A stretch of DNA of 28,693 nt from a virus (taxonomy: Duplodnaviria; Caudoviricetes): IMG/VR virus record IMGVR_UViG_3300025018_000454, positions 1-28,693 of that record. One strand, written 5' to 3'. Below the pieces are notes generated by a model that was given only the letters and a program-made list of their open reading frames with translations, ran no database searches and was not told where the DNA came from. Position numbers and translations under genes: made by a program. Positions within the stretch are counted from its first letter, which is position 1; each line of letters starts with the position of its first letter. Below, piece after piece: positions 1 to 8,445 of the stretch.

Positions 1-44
1 CCTCTTTTTTAACGTTATACCCTGTTCCCTTTGGATTTTATTGA

Positions 45-503
45 ATGCCACGTAAGCAGCGCATTGACAGCACCACGGCGGCGGTAAAAATCATGCAGGG
101 CAGCACTCGGCATATTGCCCCGCCTGCGCATGTTTCGCTTGACGATTGCGACTGGCCATTTTTTGAAAGCGTGATCGAGGAGTTTGCGCGGGCCGAGTGG
201 ACGGAACATGCAATAGAGATTGCGGCGATGCTAGCGCGGACTATGGCTAACCTTGAGAGCGAGCAGCGTCTATTGCGGGGTGAGGGCTTTACCAGCATGA
301 GCGAGCGCGGCACACCTGTCATCAATCCCAGGGCTACGATTGTGAAGGGGCTTGCTGGTGACGTGCTTTCGTTCCGGCGCAGTTTGGCGCTTCACGCGCG
401 CGCGCGCAATGGCGATGATAACAGAAACGCGAAAGGCAGGAAAGACATTGCCAAGGGGATTGAAACCGACCTTGGTGACGAATTGATTGCGAGACCGCAT
501 TGA
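45..503 (+). CDS. terS: Terminase small subunit (P27-family-like)
   Basis: 152 aa; immediately upstream of and overlapping terL (TTGA); G..SERGTPVINPR and SLALHARAR segments resemble P27-type TerS. Confidence 0.85.
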   Translation: MPRKQRIDSTTAAVKIMQGSTRHIAPPAHVSLDDCDWPFFESVIEEFARAEWTEHAIEIAAMLARTMANLESEQRLLRGEGFTSMSERGTPVINPRATIVKGLAGDVLSFRRSLALHARARNGDDNRNAKGRKDIAKGIETDLGDELIARPH

Positions 504-2017
504 CGCGAGGGGAAAAGATTGTTGCCTTCGTGGAAAAGTATTGCATGGTCCCTGAGGGGGCTAGTGTAGGTGAGCCTATTAAACTGGCCAATTTTCAGCG
601 CCGGTTTATTCTCGAAGTGTTTGATAATCCGCACGGCACCCGCCGCGCTTACTTGAGTGTGGGCCGGAAAAACGGCAAGACTGCGTTAATCGCATGTTTG
701 CTGTTGGCGCATTTGGTAGGCCCGGAAGCGCGCTTAAACAGTCAGATTGTGAGCGGTGCGCTTTCCCGAGATCAGGCCGCGCTGGTGTTTAATCTGGCAG
801 CAAAGATTGTGCAGTTATCGCCGGAACTGTCAAAGATTGTTCGCATTGTGCCGAGCGGCAAGCGGCTGATTGGCCTGCCCATGAATACCGAATACAAGGC
901 ACTGGCTGCGGAAGGCAAAACCGCGCATGGTCTATCGCCTGTCTTGGCTATTCTTGATGAAATGGGGCAGGTCAAGGGGCCTCAAAATGACTTCGTAGAT
1001 GCGATCACGACATCGCAGGGCGCGCATGAAAACCCGCTGCTAATCGTTATCAGCACACAAGCCCCGACCGATGCCGACCTAATGAGTATTTGGCTTGATG
1101 ATGCAGTGCGAGCCAATGACCCGTCTATTGTTTGTCACTTGTATGCAGCTCCCGATGATTGCGAGTTACAAGATCGAAAAGCATGGAAGGCGGCAAACCC
1201 GGCGTTGGGATTGTTTCGCAGCGAGCAAGATGTTGAAGAGCAGGCGAAGCAAGCTGCGCGTATGCCTTCGACGGAAAACACTTTTCGTGTCCTGACACTA
1301 AACCAGCGCCGCAACATGACTGCGGCTTTTGTGTCCCCCGGCATTTGGAAGGCTTGCAACGTCGAACCTGGTGAACCGCGCGGGATTATCTATGGCGGGC
1401 TGGACTTGTCCGCCACAACTGACTTGACCGCTTTTGTTATGGCGGCGCGGCTTGATAGCGTGTTGCACGTTTGGCCCTATTTCTGGATGCCGCGCGAAAG
1501 CGTGTATGAGGCGGCGCGGCGTGACCGAGCGCCCTATGATGTATGGGTTCGGGACGGGTTGCTGAGGACTACTCCGGGCAAGGTTATCGACTATGCCTTT
1601 GTCGCGCGGGATATTGGCGAGATAACGGCGGGGCTAGACGTGGCCAAGATTGGCTTTGACCGTTGGCGAATGGACAGGATGAATCTTGCATTGGAAGTGC
1701 AGGGGGTTGACCTGCCACTAGAACCGTTCGGGCAGGGCTTTAAGTCCATGTCACCTGCGTTGGATGCGTTGGAGGCGGACCTGTTGCAGGCGCGTGTTGC
1801 GCATGGGGGGCATCCTGTGCTAAGTATGTGTGCGGCTAATGCCGTGGCTGTAAGTGATCCTGCGGGCAATAGGAAGTTAGACAAGGTGAAGGCGACGGGG
1901 CGCATTGACGGTATCGTGGCTTTGGCGATGGCTTGCGGCGTCGAAGCTGTCGCTGATGATGGCTTCGCGCCTACACCTTGGGATGTTGACCCGAATTTCA
2001 GTTTGGCGGATATCTGA
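500..2017 (+). CDS. terL: Terminase large subunit
   Basis: Walker A GRKNGKT, Walker B AILDEM, coupling motif ISTQ, nuclease GLDLS and RIDGIVALAMA; TTG start. Confidence 0.97.
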   Translation: MTRGEKIVAFVEKYCMVPEGASVGEPIKLANFQRRFILEVFDNPHGTRRAYLSVGRKNGKTALIACLLLAHLVGPEARLNSQIVSGALSRDQAALVFNLAAKIVQLSPELSKIVRIVPSGKRLIGLPMNTEYKALAAEGKTAHGLSPVLAILDEMGQVKGPQNDFVDAITTSQGAHENPLLIVISTQAPTDADLMSIWLDDAVRANDPSIVCHLYAAPDDCELQDRKAWKAANPALGLFRSEQDVEEQAKQAARMPSTENTFRVLTLNQRRNMTAAFVSPGIWKACNVEPGEPRGIIYGGLDLSATTDLTAFVMAARLDSVLHVWPYFWMPRESVYEAARRDRAPYDVWVRDGLLRTTPGKVIDYAFVARDIGEITAGLDVAKIGFDRWRMDRMNLALEVQGVDLPLEPFGQGFKSMSPALDALEADLLQARVAHGGHPVLSMCAANAVAVSDPAGNRKLDKVKATGRIDGIVALAMACGVEAVADDGFAPTPWDVDPNFSLADI

Positions 2018-3306
2018 TGGGGTGGCTTGAAACGCTTATTGGCTTGCCTGCGGAAACGCGCGCAGCCGATCCGCCTAGCGAAGAACGCAATGTAACCGTG
2101 ACGCAATCGCGCGAGGATTTTTTCGCGGCGATGGGGCTGGACTGGAATAGCTCGGCAAGCGATATTGTCGTTACAGCTGACAGCGCGTTAGGCGTTCCTG
2201 CGGTTCTGGCGGCAACGCAGTTTCTCTCTGGCACGTTAGCGGGGCTTCCCCTTGGGCTTTACCGCAAGACGCGGGCGGGTCGTGAAAAGCAGTCGGGCAT
2301 TCTGTCCGACATGTTGCACTATGCGGTCAATTCCGAAACTTCGTCATTTGATTGGCGCAAGCAATTCTTCCAGTCCGTCTTTGTGCATGGGCGCGGGCTT
2401 TCCTATATTGAGCGCGGGCCTAGCGGATCGCCCATTGCCATCTGGCCTATGGCGGCGCTGAAAACCAAGGTTACCCGGCGCGATGGTCGCAAATTTTACA
2501 ACTATCAGGGTGAGAATAATCGTAATGTCACCTATGCGGCGACAGATGTTATTGACGTTCCGTTTATGCTCAAGAGTGACGGGCTAACCGCGCGCTCACC
2601 TTTGATGCTGGGTAAGGATGCAATCGGCCTGGCTGTAGCAGTGACGAACTACGGGAGCCGCTTTCTCGCGAATGGTGGTGTGCCCCCGTTTGCTGTAACC
2701 GGGACTTTCCAGACAAGTCAGGCAATGAAGCGCGCTGCGAATGACCTTGAGGGCGCCGTTCGCAACGCGGCCAAGGATAAGCGGCAGGCTTTGGTTTTGC
2801 CGCAGGGTTTGGAGATTAAGCCGATTGGCAGCGATCCCGAAAAATCACAGATGATTGAGACGCAGCGGTTTTGTATTGAGCAAATTGCACGTCTATTCAA
2901 TCTGCCGCCGGTGTTTTTGCAGGACTTGACGCACGGCACGTTTAGCAACACCGAGCAGCAGGACTTGCACTTCGTCAAGCACACCCTGAAAAGCTGGGTC
3001 GAGCAGTTTGAGCAAGAGTTGAACCTGAAGCTGTTTGGCTATCGGTCTAATCGCGTTTATGCTGAAATGAATATGGACGGGCTTTTACGCGGCGATTTCA
3101 AAACCCGTATGGAAGGCTATGCGCGCGGGGTTCAAACCGGCATTTTGCAGCCTGCTGAGGCGCGTGATCGGGAAAATCTTCCGTTTGTCGAGGGTAGTGA
3201 TAAGTTGTTTATGCAGGGTGCCACAGTGCCGATTGATGGTGATGGGGTTGAACCGCCTGCCCCTACTCCCCCGGCGGTTAATGAAGGAAGCGACAATGCA
3301 GCTTGA
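2017..3306 (+). CDS. HK97-family portal protein
   Basis: 429 aa after terL; IARLFNLPP, TFSNTEQQ, LLRGDFKTR and EARDRENLP motifs. Confidence 0.95.
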   Translation: MGWLETLIGLPAETRAADPPSEERNVTVTQSREDFFAAMGLDWNSSASDIVVTADSALGVPAVLAATQFLSGTLAGLPLGLYRKTRAGREKQSGILSDMLHYAVNSETSSFDWRKQFFQSVFVHGRGLSYIERGPSGSPIAIWPMAALKTKVTRRDGRKFYNYQGENNRNVTYAATDVIDVPFMLKSDGLTARSPLMLGKDAIGLAVAVTNYGSRFLANGGVPPFAVTGTFQTSQAMKRAANDLEGAVRNAAKDKRQALVLPQGLEIKPIGSDPEKSQMIETQRFCIEQIARLFNLPPVFLQDLTHGTFSNTEQQDLHFVKHTLKSWVEQFEQELNLKLFGYRSNRVYAEMNMDGLLRGDFKTRMEGYARGVQTGILQPAEARDRENLPFVEGSDKLFMQGATVPIDGDGVEPPAPTPPAVNEGSDNAA

Positions 3307-3868
3307 GCGGCGTTCTGTAACGGAATCACCCGAATTTCGGGCGCATGGTGAAAATAAAACCCTTCGCGGCTATGCGGCGGTGTTTAATTCTGATGCTGAC
3401 ATTGGCGGCTCGTTTGTGGAACGCATTATGCCGGGGGCGTTTGCTAATACGCTCAAGGACGCTGACGTTCGTGCGCTGATCGACCATGACAGCGGGCGCG
3501 TGATTGGTAGGACAAAGGCTGGAACGCTGCGGTTGGTAGAGGACGAGCGCGGGCTTGCGGTGGAGATTGACTTGCCGGATACAGGCGATGGACGTGATCT
3601 CGCCACTCTTATCGAGCGCGGGGACATTGACGGGATGTCGTTTGGTTTTCGCGTTACCCATGACGAATGGGACGAAACGAGCAATCCGCCGCAGCGGTCA
3701 ATTCATGAAGTGCAGTTGCGTGAGGTTAGCGCGGTAACTTGGCCCGCCTATGTCGATACGGAACTGGCGATGCGCTCGCTTGACAGGGCTGTCAAGTCGC
3801 AAAAGGTTTCAGGCTATTTTAAGCGCAAGGCAGAAATGGCTCACAAGGTGCGCGGGATAGGTGCTTGA
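3296..3868 (+). CDS. HK97-family prohead maturation protease
   Basis: GYAAVFNS, DHD, GMSFGF, EVSAVTWPAY motifs; start moved to ATG 3296 (AAGGAAG upstream) from the ORF-track start at 3119. Confidence 0.95.
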   Translation: MQLERRSVTESPEFRAHGENKTLRGYAAVFNSDADIGGSFVERIMPGAFANTLKDADVRALIDHDSGRVIGRTKAGTLRLVEDERGLAVEIDLPDTGDGRDLATLIERGDIDGMSFGFRVTHDEWDETSNPPQRSIHEVQLREVSAVTWPAYVDTELAMRSLDRAVKSQKVSGYFKRKAEMAHKVRGIGA

Positions 3869-3893
3869 CATTTAGGCACTGCCTATTTATTGG
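3865..3893 (+). promoter_or_regulatory. Candidate sigma70 promoter upstream of the capsid gene, with a palindrome in the spacer
   Basis: TTGACA (3865-3870), 17 bp, TATTGG; spacer contains the palindrome TAGGCA-C-TGCCTA (3873-3885). Confidence 0.45.
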
Positions 3894-3971
3894 TCATCCA
3901 TTGCCCCGCTCCATGCGGGAGGCCCGACGGGTGCTTACTCCCGGTTAGTCTCAATTTATGGAGTGATTCAA

Positions 3972-5273
3972 ATGGCATCCCTTACCGAATATCAGCAAAA
4001 GCTGGGAGAACTGCGCACGAAGGCAACCGATGCGCTCGACGAAATCCGCAATAACACCGACGAATCCCGCGCGGTTGAACTTGAGGCGCGTCATGACGCG
4101 ATCATGTCAGACTTTGACAAGACGCAGGCCGCTATCGAGCGTGAGCAACGACACGCCGAACTTGAGGCCCGCGCACAAGAAGCCGAAGAACGTGCCCGTG
4201 CTGCAAGGCGTCCGGTTGAAAACGGCTCGGCCCCCGCTGGCGATGATGGTGAAGGCATAGATTATCGCTCGGCGTTTTACGAGTATATCCGCGCAGAAGG
4301 CCAGATCGGCGCTCTTTCGCCAGAAGCCCGTTCGGTTCTGGAAAAGCGCCGCACCAATATCCCGCAGGGAGAACTGCGCGCGCAAACCACTACCAATTCG
4401 GCTGGTGGTTTCACCATCCCCACTGAATTGCTATCGATCCTTGTGAAGTCGATGGCAGCATGGGGGCCCATGTATGACGAAACCGTAGCGACTGTTATCC
4501 CTACGAATTCGGGCAATCAGCTTACCATGCCGACAGTGAATGACGTTTCCAAATCGTCCACTGTTGTCGCCCATACGCAGGGCACCACGCTGACTGATGA
4601 CGGCGGCGCTGATGCTGTGTTTGGCCAGAAGGTGCTGGAAAGCTATGCTTACAACACCGAGTGGCTGCGCGTGTCCAAGGAGCTTGCTGATGACAGCATT
4701 TTTGCAATGGAAACTCTGCTTGGCGAACTGCTTGGTGAGCGCCTTGGCCGCGTTGCCAACGCGCAGCTTACGACTGGCACTGGATCTAGCGCCCCGAACG
4801 GCGTTGTCACCGCGTCCAGCCTAGGCAAGACGACTGCTGGCACCACGGCAATTACCGCTGATGAAATCATCGACCTGATGCATTCGGTTAACCCGGCTTA
4901 TCGCTTCGGTCCGAAGGTGGGATTCATGTTTAATGACAGCACCCTTGCTGTTATCCGCAAGCTGAAGGACGGCCAAGGAAACTACCTTTGGCAGATGGGC
5001 AATGTCCAACAGGACGTTCCCGGCACGTTGTTAGGCTATCGCTACAACATCAATCAGGCGGTTGCGTCGATCCCCGGAGCGGCTGCTGCCACCCGTGTCA
5101 TGTTGTTTGGCGACTTTGGCAGGTATTACGTGCGCAAGGTTGGCGATCCTCTGATTGGTGCTTTGCAGGACAAGGATTTCTGGCCCGGCTTCGGCGTTGC
5201 CGGTTACATCCGCTTTGACGGGGAACTGTCCGATACCGCAGCCGTGAAGCATATGATCACCGCTGCTGCCTAA
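3972..5273 (+). CDS. Major capsid protein, HK97 fold with N-terminal delta (scaffold) domain
   Basis: Coiled-coil N-terminus, ELR/AQTTT..GGFTIP, SKELADDS, LKDGQGNYLW, LLGYRY, FGDF, RFDG; GGAG upstream of ATG 3972. Confidence 0.96.
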   Translation: MASLTEYQQKLGELRTKATDALDEIRNNTDESRAVELEARHDAIMSDFDKTQAAIEREQRHAELEARAQEAEERARAARRPVENGSAPAGDDGEGIDYRSAFYEYIRAEGQIGALSPEARSVLEKRRTNIPQGELRAQTTTNSAGGFTIPTELLSILVKSMAAWGPMYDETVATVIPTNSGNQLTMPTVNDVSKSSTVVAHTQGTTLTDDGGADAVFGQKVLESYAYNTEWLRVSKELADDSIFAMETLLGELLGERLGRVANAQLTTGTGSSAPNGVVTASSLGKTTAGTTAITADEIIDLMHSVNPAYRFGPKVGFMFNDSTLAVIRKLKDGQGNYLWQMGNVQQDVPGTLLGYRYNINQAVASIPGAAAATRVMLFGDFGRYYVRKVGDPLIGALQDKDFWPGFGVAGYIRFDGELSDTAAVKHMITAAA

Positions 5274-5280
5274 CGTGATC

Positions 5281-5305
5281 GGGGCGGGCTACGGCTCGCC
5301 CCTTT
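5281..5305 (+). terminator. Intrinsic terminator after the capsid gene
   Basis: GGGGCGGGC-TACG-GCTCGCCCC stem (one G-U pair) with a C(UACG)G tetraloop followed by TTT; the short U-tract suggests read-through. Confidence 0.75.
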
Positions 5306-5322
5306 ACCTTTGAGGGGTTCTC

Positions 5323-5505
5323 ATGCAAATCAAGCTTCTTGCTAGTCTCGGCGGGCCTGCCGGTGTTTTTCAAGTGGGCGAAAAATACGAGTGCAGCGCG
5401 GACGAGGCTTCGCGGCTGGTGCTTGCGGGCTTTGCCGAGTATATCCGCGAAGAAAAGGTGGAGCGCGCCGTGCGCAAGCCGAAGGTTGAAAAGGCGGCTA
5501 AGTAA
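5323..5505 (+). CDS. Small head-associated hypothetical protein
   Basis: 60 aa, GAGGGG RBS, usual position between capsid and connector, basic C-terminus, TAATG coupling to next gene. Confidence 0.75.
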   Translation: MQIKLLASLGGPAGVFQVGEKYECSADEASRLVLAGFAEYIREEKVERAVRKPKVEKAAK

Positions 5506-6107
5506 TGGCCGATCCGTATTTGATGCACCCCGCGCACCTGCTTGTTCGGGTTGGGGTGCCTGCGGATATTGTGACGCTGGACGAGGCCAAGGCGCACCTT
5601 GAGTATATCGACAACGACCGGGACGCTTACATCGGCGCGCTGATTGATGTGGCGACCGAAATGCTTGACGGGCCGGAAGGCATGGTTGGAAAGGCGCTGG
5701 GGGAACAAGTTTGGGCGTATTCGCTGCGCTATGTCCCTGCCGACAAGATTGCTATTCCTGTTGTGCCAGTAAAGGCGCTTCAATCGGTGGTTTACTTTGA
5801 CGAAGCGGGCGTTGAACAACAGGTCAATGTTAATCAGTTTCGATTGGTGGCGAATGAGGATTACGCTTATCTTGAGCCTATCGATGGTTTTACGTGGCCT
5901 GCGTTGTTTGATCGTGCGGACGCGGTGACGTTTCGCTTTCAGCTTGGCATGGATGTGGTTCCGGTGGGGATTAAGCGCGCCGCTTTGATGATGATTGCTA
6001 ACTGGTTTGAAAACCGCGAGGCTGTTGCTGATAAGACAATGTTGCCGGTTCCGTTCGCAGTCGAAAGCCTGATTAACCGATGGCGCATTGGATGGATGGC
6101 GGCATGA
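5505..6107 (+). CDS. Head-tail connector/adaptor (HK97 gp6 / phiE125 gp8-like)
   Basis: VTLDEAKAHL, D.YIGALI and IKRAALMMIANWFENREAV motifs. Confidence 0.9.
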   Translation: MADPYLMHPAHLLVRVGVPADIVTLDEAKAHLEYIDNDRDAYIGALIDVATEMLDGPEGMVGKALGEQVWAYSLRYVPADKIAIPVVPVKALQSVVYFDEAGVEQQVNVNQFRLVANEDYAYLEPIDGFTWPALFDRADAVTFRFQLGMDVVPVGIKRAALMMIANWFENREAVADKTMLPVPFAVESLINRWRIGWMAA

Positions 6108-6445
6108 GGGCGGGCGCACTTGACCGCATTGTTACCATTTTGCGCCAAGGTGATTCGGTGGATGACGGCCTCCAGGCTACACCGGGCGCGTGGGCAACGC
6201 TTGCCGTTCGGAAGGCGCAGCGCATCACTTCACGTTCGCGTGAGGTATTTGAAAGTCAGGGCATTGACGCGATTGTGCCAATGACGTTTGTTCTTCGTGA
6301 CGACAGCGTGACGCGGACGATTACGCCTGCGGACAGGATTAGTTACGCTGGCAGGCTTTACGACTTAAAGTCGGTTAGCGAGTTAGGTAGGCGGCGCTGG
6401 ATTGAGTGTGTGGGCGTGGCGAATGATGAGGGCGATGCCTTATGA
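6104..6445 (+). CDS. Head closure / head-tail adaptor (SPP1 gp16-like)
   Basis: MRAGALDRIVTI start via ATGA overlap; DRISYAGRLYDL; synteny. Confidence 0.85.
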   Translation: MRAGALDRIVTILRQGDSVDDGLQATPGAWATLAVRKAQRITSRSREVFESQGIDAIVPMTFVLRDDSVTRTITPADRISYAGRLYDLKSVSELGRRRWIECVGVANDEGDAL

Positions 6446-6903
6446 ATGTGGTCAAGTTTGAAGGCGGACGCGAATTAGAGCAGGCCCTTGCTGATTTGGG
6501 TAAGCGCACCACTGCAAAGCGGACTGCCGAGCGCGCTTTGAAGCGCGCAGCTGAGCCTATCAGGGATAAGTGGGTTCAACTTGCGCCCGTGGGTGATGGT
6601 GACCTGAAGCGTTCAATAAAGATCGGGAAAGCTGTTAAGGGTGTTCAAAGGCAACTGCGCGGAAGTGTTGCGGCCATGTTTGTCGGCATTGACGAATCCG
6701 AAAACAAGCGCCTTCGCATCTATGGGCCGGTTCAAGAATTTGGGAATGAGAGCAACCCGGCGCAACCCGCTGGCAGGCCCGCATTTGAGTTGACTAAACA
6801 TGAGGCGTTAAACCGACTGGCCGATGATTTGCGCGCCGAAATTGAAAAGACCCGTGCACGGGCTGCTAAGAAAACGGCTCGCTTGGCTGCGAGGGCGCTG
6901 TAA
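6442..6903 (+). CDS. HK97 gp10-family tail completion protein
   Basis: G..ELEQAL, AP...GDLKRSI, QEFG...PAQPAGRPAF. Confidence 0.85.
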   Translation: MNVVKFEGGRELEQALADLGKRTTAKRTAERALKRAAEPIRDKWVQLAPVGDGDLKRSIKIGKAVKGVQRQLRGSVAAMFVGIDESENKRLRIYGPVQEFGNESNPAQPAGRPAFELTKHEALNRLADDLRAEIEKTRARAAKKTARLAARAL

Positions 6904-7292
6904 TGGAGGCCGCGCTTCGCATTCGATTGCTAAACGCAGCACCTGTTGCAAATATTGTCGGCTCCCGTATCAATTGGGGTGCCAGGCCGCAAGGTGAGGC
7001 TTATCCGTCTATCGTTCTAACGCTTGTGGGCGGTGCTCGCCCGCAGTCGTTTAAGGGGTTTATTGATAGCCGGTTTACTGGCGTTCAAATAGACTGTTAC
7101 GGGGTTTCTGCTGCGCAAGTCGCATCCTTGCGTGAGGCTGTCATATCGGCTATAGTCCCGGCTGTTACGGTTAGTGGTGTGATTTTTGATCGGGCGTTCG
7201 TTGATACGGTGCGCAATCTCAATTCACATAGCGAAACCGGGGTAGTTTATAGAGACAGTATTGATGCCCGATTTTGGCATAGGAGCGAATAA
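6903..7292 (+). CDS. Tail terminator (DUF3168-like)
   Basis: MEAALRIRLL..VGSRINWGARPQ..YP, VQIDCYG; located before the tail tube gene. Confidence 0.8.
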   Translation: MEAALRIRLLNAAPVANIVGSRINWGARPQGEAYPSIVLTLVGGARPQSFKGFIDSRFTGVQIDCYGVSAAQVASLREAVISAIVPAVTVSGVIFDRAFVDTVRNLNSHSETGVVYRDSIDARFWHRSE

Positions 7293-7724
7293 ATGACGAG
7301 CGCATTGATCGGTTGGAGCACACAGTTTTGGCTTGATGATGCGCTTGGGGCGCTTACCGAGCTTGCGGAAATTTTTGCAGTCACCCCGCCTAATCCGCAG
7401 GTTGACGATGTCGAGGCAACTCACTTCAAGTCCCCGAACCGTTACCGCGAATATATCACTGGCCTGATTGAATACGGTGAAGGCACATTCGAGATGAATT
7501 ACGTGCCGGGTTCTGCTACTGACATTCTGATCCGTGCCGCGATTACGGATGGTGTTGCCCGTTCTTACAAGATTGCAATTCCCGATGGGGACGTTGGCTT
7601 GTGGGAAATCACGGGCGAGTGCATCGTAAAGGGTTACGAGCGCAGCATTCCGATTGATGATCGAATGACTGCGACCATGACCATTCGCTTTACTGGCGCT
7701 GTCAATGAGGCTGAGGCTTTGTAA
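7293..7724 (+). CDS. Major tail tube protein
   Basis: VEATHFKSPNRYREYITGLIEYGE, NYVPGS, IPIDDRMTATMTIRFTG. Confidence 0.9.
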   Translation: MTSALIGWSTQFWLDDALGALTELAEIFAVTPPNPQVDDVEATHFKSPNRYREYITGLIEYGEGTFEMNYVPGSATDILIRAAITDGVARSYKIAIPDGDVGLWEITGECIVKGYERSIPIDDRMTATMTIRFTGAVNEAEAL

Positions 7725-8113
7725 TGGCGGTTGATGAAAAGCGGTTTGACGTTGCGGGTGTTGAATGGATTGCCCGTTTCGACTTTAACGCCATATGTGA
7801 GTTGGAGGAGCGGTATGACAAGCCGTTCCTTTCGCTTGTTGCACCTTTCCTTGGCGGCATTGACGAAGCCCAAAAGGATGATCCGGCGGCTCAAATGCGC
7901 GCTGCTTCCAAAATCAAATTTACCGATTTGAGGGCAATTTTCCATCAGTCGCTTTTGGCGGCGCAGCCTGAAACTACCATTGCAGAAGCCGGTGACGTAA
8001 TTGGCGCAATCAGTCTTGACGGTGCCATGGAGATTGTTGGTTGGGCGATCACCAAGGCTATGCCAACGGGGGGTGAGGGAAAGGCAAACCCTCGGAAGCC
8101 CCGCAGAGGCTAA
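7724..8113 (+). CDS. Tail assembly chaperone (gpG analogue)
   Basis: RFDFNAICELEE motif; lies between tail tube and tape measure; slippery site near the 3' end. Confidence 0.85.
   Translation: MAVDEKRFDVAGVEWIARFDFNAICELEERYDKPFLSLVAPFLGGIDEAQKDDPAAQMRAASKIKFTDLRAIFHQSLLAAQPETTIAEAGDVIGAISLDGAMEIVGWAITKAMPTGGEGKANPRKPRRG
8077..8083 (+). other. Programmed -1 frameshift slippery site G GGA AAG
   Basis: Same heptamer as lambda G/GT, in the correct codon phase (GGA 8078, AAG 8081); the -1 frame is open from 8083 through ORF 8128-8445. Confidence 0.85.
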
Positions 8114-8445
8114 AGCCGTTAAGGCTGTTGTCTGATTGGGTGAGCGCGGGGCAAACACCGGATACGTTTTGGACGCAAACGCCAGCAACTTATAGCGCGG
8201 TTATTGATGGCGTGATCGAGCGGCGCAAGTATGATCAAGACGCGGCGCTGGTCGATGCTTATACAGTTGCGTCTTTTTCGGCAGCGGCGCAGGCTGGCAA
8301 GTTAAAGCCGCTTGACTTTTACCGGCGGCGGATGAGGGCTAAGTCTCTTGCGCAAACCCCTAATGAAATGCTAGAGGTATTTCGTGAGTTTCAGTCGCGT
8401 GGTGCGCCTATGACGATCCGGCGTGTTGAAAGGAAGCCTGACTAA
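8083..8445 (+). CDS. Tail assembly chaperone frameshift extension (gpT analogue)
   Basis: Only a TTG start of its own; reached by -1 shift; PDTFWTQTPA motif; TAATG overlap with tape measure. Confidence 0.8.
   Translation, partial: GKPSEAPQRLKPLRLLSDWVSAGQTPDTFWTQTPATYSAVIDGVIERRKYDQDAALVDAYTVASFSAAAQAGKLKPLDFYRRRMRAKSLAQTPNEMLEVFREFQSRGAPMTIRRVERKPD

Noticed and set aside
395-407. (CG)6 run as a Z-DNA element
   Set aside because: Explained by the HARAR codons in terS; single occurrence
3119-3295. N-terminal extension of the prohead protease
   Set aside because: Overlaps the portal gene; the RBS and protease-like sequence start at 3296
5370-6119. Long minus-strand ORFs across the structural operon (this one and similar)
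   Set aside because: Antisense shadows in GC-rich coding DNA with no motifs or RBS
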